DNA of 63,587 nucleotides, the filler included, from Welwitschia mirabilis (taxonomy: Eukaryota), in assembly GCA_051453625.1 (NCBI GenBank). It is 9 parts of one record of this genome, joined end to end, with 100 filler letters (N's around TTAATTAATTAA, not from the genome) between each part and the next. Parts side by side here need not be neighbours in the genome. Positions count along the whole stretch, not along the records: positions 1 to 3,950 come from JBOZIK010000001.1; positions 4,051 to 7,616 come from JBOZIK010000001.1; positions 7,717 to 12,996 come from JBOZIK010000001.1; 6 more parts are not named here. One strand, given 5' to 3'. The first letter of the stretch is position 1. Each line of letters begins with the position of its first letter. The notes beneath the pieces were generated by a model. The model was not told the origin of the DNA, searched no databases, and saw only the letters and a program-made list of their open reading frames with translations. Both the position numbers and the translations under genes were made by a program. Of the stretch, positions 1-11,300 are shown piece by piece.

Positions 1-3000
1 TAGGATACAGTGTTTGAATCTTTACCTTAAGTTCATCTAGTAAGAACAATTTTTGTACTCTCTCAATATCTTTCCAATTTCTTTTACTGATAGCTAGCCT
101 CCAAACTGGGCATCTATACAAAACAGTGGAATACACAACGAATTGAAAAATTTGCTTGTGAACTTGCGAAGCCCAAATCCCTAGTGAACTACGTTTAGTT
201 TTTATAGCATAAAAAGCTTTAATTCTACCTGCTATCCTCTCTTTTAATGCATTTGTCCCATCTATAGTTATTAGAGCAACTAAGACCCAAGTATCAAAAA
301 GCTTCTGCTATTTCAATTTTCTCCCCATTGAATTTATAATCAAATTGGGTGTTTTTGGTGCCCAAATCATCAATTCAGTTTTTTTGTATTTACTGTCAAA
401 CCATAGGATTGGCAAAAAATTTTCAATTTTTGAAGCATGTTTTTCATACCTGTTTCCGAAGTAGAAATCAAAGCTACATCATCTGCACAAAGGAGCAATT
501 AGACTGCCAATGATTCTACCCTAATAGCATAGTAATCATATTCTTTGCAAAGCCAATCTTGTAACTCACCAATGAAGAGACCAAAGAGTGTTGGAGAGAG
601 AGGGCATCCCTGTTTTACTCCTACCATAGAGCAAAATTCAAAACACCTTTGTTGATCTAAGTCTTTTATTTCAATTATAACCTCTACATATAATCTTTAA
701 ATAGCAACAAGAAGATAAAGAGGAATTCCAATATGATTAAGCAGCATCCATAATTTGGTATGATTCTCTGAATCATAAGCTTTACAAAAATCAATAAAAT
801 AAACAAAAAGTTTTGTGTTTAGCTTTTTTGCAAAATCTATACAATGCCTCAGCATAAGCAAATGATCAATAGTGGAATGATGTTGGCGAAAAACTACTTG
901 GCAAACCGTTCTGATATTATTTGCTTCTGTCTAATTGCCAACCTTCTGTTCAAGAATTGTGCCAAAAAGATTTGCAAAAACATTACTTACCACTATCATT
1001 CTATAATTATTTAGATCATTCTTTTCTCCTTTCTTGAATAGCAAAGATGCCTTGCTTGTTGCCCATTCCTGATTCAATCCATTTGCCAATGCAAAATTCA
1101 ATTTTTACCAAGTTTCTTTGTGAATTGAATCTTCAACCCACTTAATTAGCTCAATGTATAAACCAGTTCAATCCATGGCTTTTCCATTAGCTAATCTATT
1201 AATGCCAGCCAAAACTTCTTCAAAGGTAAATTGCAAAGGATTTTGATAATTAACGATAAAGCTTTTCTCACTTGCANNNNNNNNNNNNNNNNNNNNNNNN
1301 NNNNNNNNNNNNNNNNNNNNNNNNNNNNNNNNNNNNNNNNNNNNNNNNNNNNNNNNNNNNNNNNNNNNNNNNNNNNNNNNNNNNNNNNNNNNNNNNNNNN
1401 NNNNNNNNNNNNNNNNNNNNNNNNNNNNNNNNNNNNNNNNNNNNNNNNNNNNNNNNNNNNNNNNNNNNNNNNNNNNNNNNNNNNNNNNNNNNNNNNNNNN
1501 NNNNNNNNNNNNNNNNNNNNNNNNNNNNNNNNNNNNNNNNNNNNNNNNNNNNNNNNNNNNNNNNNNNNNNNNNNNNNNNNNNNNNNNNNNNNNNNNNNNN
1601 NNNNNNNNNNNNNNNNNNNNNNNNNNNNNNNNNNNNNNNNNNNNNNNNNNNNNNNNNNNNNNNNNNNNNNNNNNNNNNNNNNNNNNNNNNNNNNNNNNNN
1701 NNNNNNNNNNNNNNNNNNNNNNNNNNNNNNNNNNNNNNNNNNNNNNNNNNNNNNNNNNNNNNNNNNNNNNNNNNNNNNNNNNNNNNNNNNNNNNNNNNNN
1801 NNNNNNNNNNNNNNNNNNNNNNNNNNNNNNNNNNNNNNNNNNNNNNNNNNNNNNNNNNNNNNNNNNNNNNNNNNNNNNNNNNNNNNNNNNNNNNNNNNNN
1901 NNNNNNNNNNNNNNNNNNNNNNNNNNNNNNNNNNNNNNNNNNNNNNNNNNNNNNNNNNNNNNNNNNNNNNNNNNNNNNNNNNNNNNNNNNNNNNNNNNNN
2001 NNNNNNNNNNNNNNNNNNNNNNNNNNNNNNNNNNNNNNNNNNNNNNNNNNNNNNNNNNNNNNNNNNNNNNNNNNNNNNNNNNNNNNNNNNNNNNNNNNNN
2101 NNNNNNNNNNNNNNNNNNNNNNNNNNNNNNNNNNNNNNNNNNNNNNNNNNNNNNNNNNTAAATTCTGCTTTTGCCTCCGATCCTATTCTTTTGTGATGGT
2201 TTTTCTTCTTTCACTTGTTATTGTTATGCAAATTTAAAGTAATTTCTATTACAAACTCCAAATGGTGATGGCATGATTACACCAAATCATTACTTACTCC
2301 AAAATCCTTCTCAAACTATACATCTTTAAAAGAAGAAAGAAGGAAATCAATAAATGATTTTCCTTGAATCTCTATAAATGTGAAATTGGCAAATCTAGAG
2401 AATCTATCTAAGCCTTTGTCCATTCTAGAAAATTTTTTCCGGCTGGATTAAAAGTTTTATCAGCAGAGTGCCGAGACAACTTTAAATCAGAAACCGCATG
2501 TATTCCGCCATTCTGATGATGCCATTGTATAAGATCTGTTTGTTGCAATCCAACTCGAGCATTGAAATCTCCACAAATGAAAACCTTTCCTTTTGTTCGA
2601 AAATCTACAATATCTTCTTCGAAATGCCAAAAAGGGAAATCTTTAGATAATCGTATGCTAGTATAAATAGATGATTCTCTAGAAGTAAAATAACAAATAG
2701 CAAGATAAACATAGCCATAATGGTAATGAATTTTCAGCCAAATATATTATTTCGATCCAACTTTTCAAGTTTGACAATGTTCTCTACGAAACTTTGAAAT
2801 GAGACATGCAATGCCTCCTGCCGATCTACTTCTTCTACCTGCTCTACTATTTGTTGCAAAGATAATACTAAAATTTGGAATAGAAAAGTGCTCAGATCCA
2901 TCATCTTCCCAAGTTTGTACAAATCCAAAAATATCAAAACTATTGAAGAAACCAATGTTGTTTAAAAAAAAAATCCTTTTTGCATATTTAAATGCATGGA

Positions 3001-3020
3001 ACATAATCAAGTTAGTGAAG
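1..3020 (-). mobile_element. Degenerate LINE with APE endonuclease and RT, RTE/RTEX-like
   Basis: Minus-strand translation: FDIFGFVQTW, RRSRSAGGIACL, ICGDFNARVG (endonuclease); GVKQGCPLSPTLFGLFI, LLCADDVAL, YLGL (RT); stops and frameshifts; N gap 1277-2158. Confidence 0.9.
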
Positions 3021-3329
3021 TCAAAATTATATATGCTTTGGAATGGATTCAGCGAAGCCAAAGAAATAGCGAAGCTAGGGTTTCGCTTCAAGGAGTGCAA
3101 CAGGAGTAGTCACGGCAACAATACAAAGGGCGGTTCTAGTGCGTCTTCAACGCACTGGTTTCTTTCTCTTTCGCAGTCACCTCGCGCTAGGTTTTTCCCG
3201 TTGGCAATATTTGGAGCTCGCTTTCAGGGATTTTTGGTGTGGCAGTCTTCAACGCACCCTCTTGCTAGCTCCTTGGTGTTGCATTCCACTGTGAAAACTC
3301 AAAAGGGCACAATAGAATACGCTTAGATC

Positions 3330-3950
3330 TCACGTTCGTTTTCCTACCCATGAGGGGAGGTTTTTTAATCAATGACTCATAAACCCCAAAACCCCAAAAG
3401 GACAAGCTCAAGTGGATCTGAAGTATCCAAGGTAGTGGAAGCACATCTGGCTCTTCAATGGCAGCAAAATCCTCTGGTACGAAACCTTATGCGACATTAG
3501 TAGGGGAAAACAATCCTCAAAGTTTTCCCAACTTGGATTTTGGCTTCAAACGTGATGGCGGCACCTTCCATGCTAAGATTCATATGAGCTACTCTAAGCA
3601 CTGGGACGCTCAATTGAGAAACAGTCTTATTGGCAAATTCCAATCTTCAGGAGGGCTCCCCTTCATAGAAAAGGTGCGCTTATGGTGTGATCAGAGATTC
3701 ACATCAAAATGTAAGTTAATTCCTCTTCGAGATGGACTATTGCATTTTATTTTTGATTCAGAAGACGATATGAATAAGGTTTTGGCAAGAGGCCCTTATT
3801 TTTTCTTTTTTGGCCGAAGAGGTCCAGCTTTAACAAAATGGTCCCCTTTTATTCTTGATAAACCCTCCAGGTTTTAGAAGATTCCGGTTTGGATTCATCT
3901 TTTAAACCCTCATCCAGAAATATGGCACCCTGATTTTTTCAAGCAATTTG
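3330..3950 (+). mobile_element. L1-clade LINE 5' fragment, ORF1 with DUF4283-like domain
   Basis: ORF 3458-3877 LIGKF..KVRLW..LHFIFDSEDDMNKVLARGPY..LTKWSP, followed by KIPVWIHL..EIW; ends at a gap. Confidence 0.85.
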
Positions 3951-4050
3951 NNNNNNNNNNNNNNNNNNNNNNNNNNNNNNNNNNNNNNNNNNNNTTAATT
4001 AATTAANNNNNNNNNNNNNNNNNNNNNNNNNNNNNNNNNNNNNNNNNNNN

Positions 4051-7000
4051 AATATGGCCTTTGTTGTTGTCACCAAATGTAACACTCACCTCGATCGTAT
4101 TCTTGAAAGGAGGATAGCAAGCTCTTATTGCCCATCATGTGTCTAGAACACCTGCTATCAAGGTACCATTTTGTTCTTTCCTGTGCTTTAAAAGCTGCAT
4201 GAGCAAACAGAGATGCAACAAAATTCTTTTTCACCCATTGCTTGGTGGTTTGTCCCTTTTGAGTCAATGATTTAGGACTACCTTGCTTAACAAATCTGAA
4301 CTTCTTACCTACATAACCAAAGTACATGGGTTTTTTGTATGGGCAAGAAAATTGTATGTGCCCATATTTATTGCAGTAATGACACTTCAAACTTACTTTG
4401 CTAAAAGATTGTAATTTCAGACTTGGTTGAAAGAAATTGAAAATAGGAGACTTACCTAGATGGCTCCCCCAGCCTAATTTGTCAAGAGATGATCGTCCCA
4501 TACCTAATAGGCAATTTAGGTTGTCCTTCCTTTGAGCCAATCTTTCACTTGTCCTTCTTGAATCAAGCAAATTTTTAGATNNNNNNNNNNNNNNNNNNNN
4601 NNNNNNNNNNNNNNNNNNNNNNNNNNNNNNNNNNNNNNNNNNNNNNNNNNNNNNNNNNNNNNNNNNNNNNNNNNNNNNNNTACATTTGGGCGAAGAAACA
4701 CTTTGTTGGAAATATGGCTTGAAGTGTTTACTGCTTCTGCTCAAAAGTGATGTGGCAAAGATTGTTCATTCAACATTGTTCAAGCCATTTCATTTAGAAC
4801 TCGATTCTTCCTTTCCAGCACATCATTTTGCTGAGGAGTTCGAGGAGCTAAAAATTGATGACTAGTTTCATTAGTACTACAAAAATTTTCAGATTTCTCA
4901 TTAGCAATCTCACCTCCTCTATTGGTTCTAATGGTTTTGAGATAGTATCCTTGTTCCTTTTGAACTCTCCTACACACTATAATATGGCCTTTGCTGTTGT
5001 CACCAAGCATAACTTGACCTTCATTGTATTCTCGAAAGGAGGATAGCAGGCTTATTGCTAGTCATGTGTCTAGAACACCCACTATCAAGGTACCATTTAG
5101 CTCTTTCCTATGCTTTAAAGGCTGCATAAACAAACAGAGGTGTAACAGAATTCTTGTTCACCGATTGCTTGGTGATTTGCCCCTTTCGAGTCAATGATTT
5201 AGGAGTACCTTACTTAACAAATTTGAATTTGTTACTTACATAGCCAAAGTACATGGAATTTTTATATGGGCAAGAAAATTATATGTGCCCATATTTATTA
5301 TGGTAATAACACTTCAAACTTACTTTGCTAAAATATTGTAATTTCATACTTGGTTGAAAGAAATTGAAAATAGGAGACTTACCTGGACGGCTTCCTAAGC
5401 TTGATTTGTCAAGAGGTGATCTCCCAATACCTAATAGGCGGTTTAGGTTGTCCTTCCCTTGAGCCAATCTTTTAGCTGTCCTTCTGGAATCCTGCAAATC
5501 TTAAGATAGCTCTTCTACTTTATTGTTAGCTTCCTTCAGTTTTAGCTCTAAGTCTGATATTTATTTTTCAAAGAAAAGATATTTCGTACCAAGTTCTAGA
5601 CTAACTTTATACAACTTCTCATATGCATCAAAAATATCATTATCATCGGAATCGCTATCAATTTGATTTTCAGTTTCTGAGAATACCTAAGTTTGTTCAT
5701 TACATGGATTGAGGTTGATGAGTTCTGAACTTTGCTCCTCATCAAGAAGGGCCACCAACCCAAAGTTCAGGGGTTCTTCATCACTCGATTGGGCTTCATC
5801 TTCTGAATCATCATCCCATGTTCCTTTGAGGGCTTTCTTTCCCTTGAATTTGGACTTTCTTTCCTTTCTCTTGTTAGCACATTCTGATGCAACATGACCA
5901 AATCCCTTGCACTCATAACATTGAATGGATAAAAAGGAGTTCTTTCCTTTATCATTCGTTCTTCGAATTCCTTCTTTTGAGTTTTTGCTTTCTTTCTTCT
6001 TTTTGAGAAATCTCTTGAAGTTTTGAGCCAGCAAGACTAAATCATCATCTTCTGCATCATTGCTTGATGTTTCTGCCTCATGATCTTCACTTGCTTTAAG
6101 TGTGATACTTTTCTTCTTGGGTATTTCCTCTTCAGGAAGGAGGGTAGCTTCATAGGCCGTTAGAGATCCCTCTACTTCTTCAACTCTCATCTTGTTGATG
6201 TCCTTGCTTTCTTCAATGGCAGCAATCTTTGGTCTGAACTTTGTGGTTAGACTCCTGAGGATTTTTGTCACTACTCTGTTTTCTAGTACTCTTTCTCCTA
6301 GCCCCCACATGTTGTTTACAATACTGCTGATTTTTGTGGTGTATTCTGCCATAGATTCTGACTCTTCCATTCTGATGTTCTCAAATTTGGTCGCTAAGAG
6401 TTGTAGCTTCAAGTTCTTAACTATATTAGTTCCTTCATAGGCTACCTTCAATGTGTCTCACATGTCTTTTGTAGTTGTGCACTAAACTACTCTATCATAT
6501 TCTTTAGTAGACAAAGCGCAGATGATTACATCCATTGCCTGAGCATTGATCTGGACTATTTTCTTATCATCTGCATCCTAGTTGTCCCTAGGCTTTGGCA
6601 CCACTTTCCCATTTCCACTAGTGTTTGTTGGAGGTTCATACCCATACTCTACTACACCCCAGATATCCGGATTCAGGGAAGTCAAGAAGATGCTCATTTT
6701 GAATCTCCAGTGAGCATAGTTGCTACCCTTGAAGAAGGGAGAGAGGGAGGGGGGGGGGGGGTCTGGAACAGGCTGACCTTCTGGAAACCCTGAGAAGCTT
6801 GAGGATGCCATGAAATCCATACCTGCACTATGACAATAAAATGTACAGATCTAAAGCAACCAGGATCTAATACCAATTGTTAGGATCTTGAGGCACCCTA
6901 GAGGGGGAGTGAATAGGTTTTAAAAAATAATTTGCAATAACAGAACTTTAGAGACAGAAATTTAGTAAAAAGTGAGATAAAAACATAAAACAATGAGACA

Positions 7001-7448
7001 ACAAAACAACTGCCAAGTGCACTAGGATTTTATAATGGTCCAGCCAAGCCCACTCCACACACAGGGGGCAACAACTGCTATCAGCCTCCTGGTTCCCTTA
7101 TCTCCAAAGCTTTCATACAACAACCCCTTTCACAGGGAGTTTTTTACAGCCTTCACGCCGAGCTCAACTCCTTGAGCTTCTTACAAAATGATTACATAAT
7201 GGTTTTGTCTGATGGAATGGTGCTTAGCTATTAGCACAGTAGATCAGCTTTGAGTAAACAATGATAGATCTTCTGAAGAAGATGAATTTCTCAGTGCAGT
7301 ACAAATATTTAGAATGATACAAGTTTAGCACAGAAGAATTCCATCCCTATTGTAGGTCAGAGTGGTATCTCATAATAAAAGAGATTACATATTTATAGAG
7401 AAATGAAGAAAACCCAGCTGTTCAAAGCTTCGTAAGAAGTGCTAAACA
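4051..7448 (-). mobile_element. Sirevirus/Maximus-type Ty1/copia, 5' LTR plus gag, protease and partial integrase, rearranged
   Basis: LTR inner end at 6878 (..CCTAACA) preceded by CTATTCACTCCCCCTCTAG; PBS TGGTATTAGATC 6875-6864; gag PFFKGSNYAHWRFKM, zinc knuckles CYECKGFGHVASEC and CHYCNKYGHIQFSC, protease WYLDSGCSRHM, integrase PRTPQQNDVLERKNR. Confidence 0.9.
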
Positions 7449-7616
7449 TGTTGGTAGATGTGCCCGAATAGAAAAGGATTGTTTGTTACAAATCTAACAA
7501 CAAGAAAGTACTTGAATAAAAGGAACAGCAGGCACACAAAAGATTTACGTGGTTTGGGCTCTTGTTACCCTATGTCCACGAGAAGCAATGCAGAGCTCTA
7601 TTGATTGATTAGGAGC
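7449..7616 (-). mobile_element. Copia LTR 3' fragment, apparently inserted in the Sirevirus LTR
   Basis: Begins TGTTGG on +; reverse complement contains AATAGAGCTCTGCATTGCTT...CCACGTAAAT, the block shared with LTRs near 15958, 18098 and 22966. Confidence 0.6.
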
Positions 7617-8213
7617 NNNNNNNNNNNNNNNNNNNNNNNNNNNNNNNNNNNNNNNNNNNNTTAATTAATTAANNNNNNNNNNNNNNNNNNNNNNNNNNNN
7701 NNNNNNNNNNNNNNNNCTTCCCTCTTTCCCCCCCCCCCCCACTCCTTGCTGCCTCCCCTCCCCCCCATCCCGCCCCCGCCGAGGCTAACTAATGTCCATA
7801 GAACCTAATGTGTTAACTACAAAAATGTCCTAATCAGTTCCCTAGTTAATGGAACTCTTACCAAGAACCACATATTGTATGTGTTGCAAAATTGCCTTTC
7901 TCATGTGATATTGAATCCTTCCCACTTTAGAAGTTCAATTTTTTAGTCACCTACATGCAAACCCTTGTATCAGTTCCCATATCCTATCATAAACTGTGTC
8001 AGCTTTCTGTCCAAATAGTTACTTCACAGGATCTTGAACCAGCAAGCATCATGTACTCATGCAAAGCAGCCACTTGTGCATTGTCACACATTTAATATTG
8101 GTGAAAAAAGTCCAAAACTATCTACAGTTTTAAAAGATTTATACAACGTGTGGATGGAATAAACAGAATTAAACAACACAGATACAGAAATTGAGAGAAG
8201 AAAGCGAGTGCAC

Positions 8214-8323
8214 CTTGTATCCATCAAGTGCACTTTGAACTAGCTCAGAAATGTCAACAAATACTTCCTCCTGGCTAGCTTCATGGCTAAATACCCTATC
8301 AAAAGCAAATGACTGTTTCTGCC
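8214..8323 (-). CDS. KIN14: Kinesin-14 exon 10 ([12 protein letters not shown]...QSALDGYK)
   Basis: TTTCAG acceptor, 110 nt, donor AAG|GTGCAC. Confidence 0.95.
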
Positions 8324-11300
8324 CTGAAACACCAAAATGAAAGAAAGCTCTGATAAGTTGAGAAGGAAACCAAAAAGAAATTTATAAAAGTGCTATGAAA
8401 CAGAAAGTACATTTTTAAGTAACGAAGCTGTAAACTTACCTGGGCCTTGTAGTAACTCAATGCCCCTACCACGAAGTTCCATTGATGTTGGATATTGCAC
8501 AACTAACTTGTCCTCAGAATAACCATCCTCTGCTAACAATGGTCTCACCCTACAGAAAACCCTTACATTTCCTTTGAGTTCCTGGCATATGCAAAAAACC
8601 ATATATGTTTTTAGTAATCATGTTTAGCCAGACATGTCAATATCATATTTCAAAACAGTTACTAACATCCATTAAAGCACTCTACAAATAAAGTTATTAG
8701 AAACTCAAAAGTTCACCAATATAGTGTTGTGCATTTTCCTCCTTAATAACTCCCCTTCCACAACTTGATGTTCTGCTTCAACAAGGCGACTTTGCAGTTC
8801 GTCTACCTTTTTACAGTTCTCCTCAAGCCGTATCTTCAATTCTAAGGCTGATGATTCTGCAATCTGCTAGGCAATAACAACAGGCATATTGTTCATGAAT
8901 AAAAATTTTGATTTATCATGGTTGTCCAAGCTAAAATTAAAATTAACTCTTGTTTTCAAACTGCATCCATAGAACTTTTACCTCCAATTTCATATTTGAA
9001 TTTTCTAGTTGCTGCTTCAAAAGTTTTATTTGTTCACTTTGAGAAGAAAAGCTCTCCTGTTGCAATTAAGTGTGAACAAGTGGTAGCATATGGCATTAAA
9101 CTGCAACAAAGTTCTCAGACGCCCAGGCTTTTCCAAGCAATAGGACTGAAAACCAAGAATTACCTCTAGGAAATTAGCCCTTTTTGTAAGCTGCTCTAAT
9201 TCTATAGCAGATTTGCCTGTGCACTCCTTGTACTTCAACACATCAGCTGATAAAATTTGAACTTCGGAAGCAAGTCGATTGTTTTCATCCGTGGTGTGTT
9301 GTAGATCTGAACGAAGACGCTCATTTTCTTCTGCCAACTCCTTAGCCTTTTGCAAAGTTTCCTGGAGAGAAGTCTGAAGACGAACAGATTTTCACTCTCT
9401 TATGCAACCCGAAGAAAAATCAAGCAAAACATAGATCACGTAGCCTACAGTTCCATAAAAATAAAGCATACAGCATGACACATTTTATCTTTCATTTTTG
9501 GAACATTCATGTGCTAATGACCAGCAACAAAAATGCAGCTGACCTCATGTATTTGTCTGAAAACCGTAATATTAAGCTGGTAAAGAAAGAACAAGTGAAG
9601 AAATTATAGCAACCAAAAACAAAACAGCAAGTAAAACATACACACGAATTTACATGGTCAAACACTCTCATGCAAGCAGCAACATCTACAAGAAGCAACC
9701 TTAAAGCTCAGATTAAAACCTTCAAAGAAAACAGTTCAGGGCACTATAAGCATGCCCTGAGTACCTTCACAAAATAAGTCTCTGAACAACCCCAAACCAA
9801 AAAAAGTTACTAACCTCTTTTTACAATTTATAAAAACAAGGTCCCTCTACATCATTTTCTAACATAAGTGTTAGAAGTATCTATTTAGTATTTCAATGAT
9901 GATCAAAACTGTCAGTGATAATCATAGGTTTTATTATTGATCAGAAATTAAAGCTGAAACTCAAACTTCTTATTATACCCAAAGATGCTAAAGATTTATT
10001 GGACAGGAGATGTCCATGGCATAAGTCCAAACAATGTCATCTATACCCAAAGTTTTGGGTAAAATTTAAAACAATTCAACCAAATTATGGACTTTGATAT
10101 TCCAGTTATTTTGATGTTATGTGNNNNNNNNNNNNNNNNNNNNNNNNNNNNNNNNNNNNNNNNNNNNNNNNNNNNNNNNNNNNNNNNNNNNNNNNNNNNN
10201 NNNNNNNNNNNNNNNNNNNNNNNNNNNNNNNNNNNNNNNNNNNNNNNNNNNNNNNNNNNNNNNNNNNNNNNNNNNNNNNNNNNNNNNNNNNNNNNNNNNN
10301 NNNNNNNNNNNNNNNNNNNNNNNNNNNNNNNNNNNNNNNNNNNNNNNNNNNNNNNNNNNNNNNNNNNNNNNNNNNNNNNNNNNNNNNNNNNNNNNNNNNN
10401 NNNNNNNNNNNNNNNNNNNNNNNNNNNNNNNNNNNNNNNNNNNNNNNNNNNNNNNNNNNNNNNNNNNNNNNNNNNNNNNNNNNNNNNNNNNNNNNNNNNN
10501 NNNNNNNNNNNNNNNNNNNNNNNNNNNNNNNNNNNNNNNNNNNNNNNNNNNNNNNNNNNNNNNNNNNNNNNNNNNNNNNNNNNNNNNNNNNNNNNNNNNN
10601 NNNNNNNNNNNNNNNNNNNNNNNNNNNNNNNNNNNNNNNNNNNNNNNNNNNNNNNNNNNNNNNNNNNNNNNNNNNNNNNNNNNNNNNNNNNNNNNNNNNN
10701 NNNNNNNNNNNNNNNNNNNNNNNNNNNNNNNNNNNNNNNNNNNNNNNNNNNNNNNNNNNNNNNNNNNNNNNNNNNNNNNNNNNNNNNNNNNNNNNNNNNN
10801 NNNNNNNNNNNNNNNNNNNNNNNNNNNNNNNNNNNNNNNNNNNNNNNNNNNNNNNNNNNNNNNNNNNNNNNNNNNNNNNNNNNNNNNNNNNNNNNNNNNN
10901 NNNNNNNNNNNNNNNNNNNNNNNNNNNNNNNNNNNNNNNNNNNNNNNNNNNNNNNNNNNNNNNNNNNNNNNNNNNNNNNNNNNNNNNNNNNNNNNNNNNN
11001 NNNNNNNNNNNNNNNNNNNNNNNNNNGTCACAAAGTCAACATGTCTGCTCTTCTCGAGGAACTTGAAACCATCTACCTATTTCAGTTCTGAAGGAATGAG
11101 ATCCTATTCTTGCCCTACTAATCTGAATCCATAAACAATGGGGTATAATGAGATCCTATTCTTGCATCTTTTCAGTCCTGTATCTCAAAGACACATGGCC
11201 ACTTGATTTCCAAGGCTGTATCGAGGTTCTAAAGTTGCTCTTCATGCACTGCATGATCTATTTGCTTGGGATTTCCATCTTCAATAGTTGGTAGAAGCGA

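Noticed and set aside
1168..2237. Long ORFs of 300+ aa here and at 10087-11134, 19148-19998, 52548-52862 and 53797-54129
   Set aside because: Made almost entirely of N-derived X residues
2799..3326. 175-aa plus-strand ORF
   Set aside because: Antisense shadow of the LINE endonuclease and leader; no recognisable domain
3951..4050. TTAATTAATTAA flanked by N runs, recurring at ~7661, 13041, 15333, 22660, 54411, 57493 and 60645
   Set aside because: Scaffolding spacer with stops in all six frames; an assembly artefact, not a biological repeat
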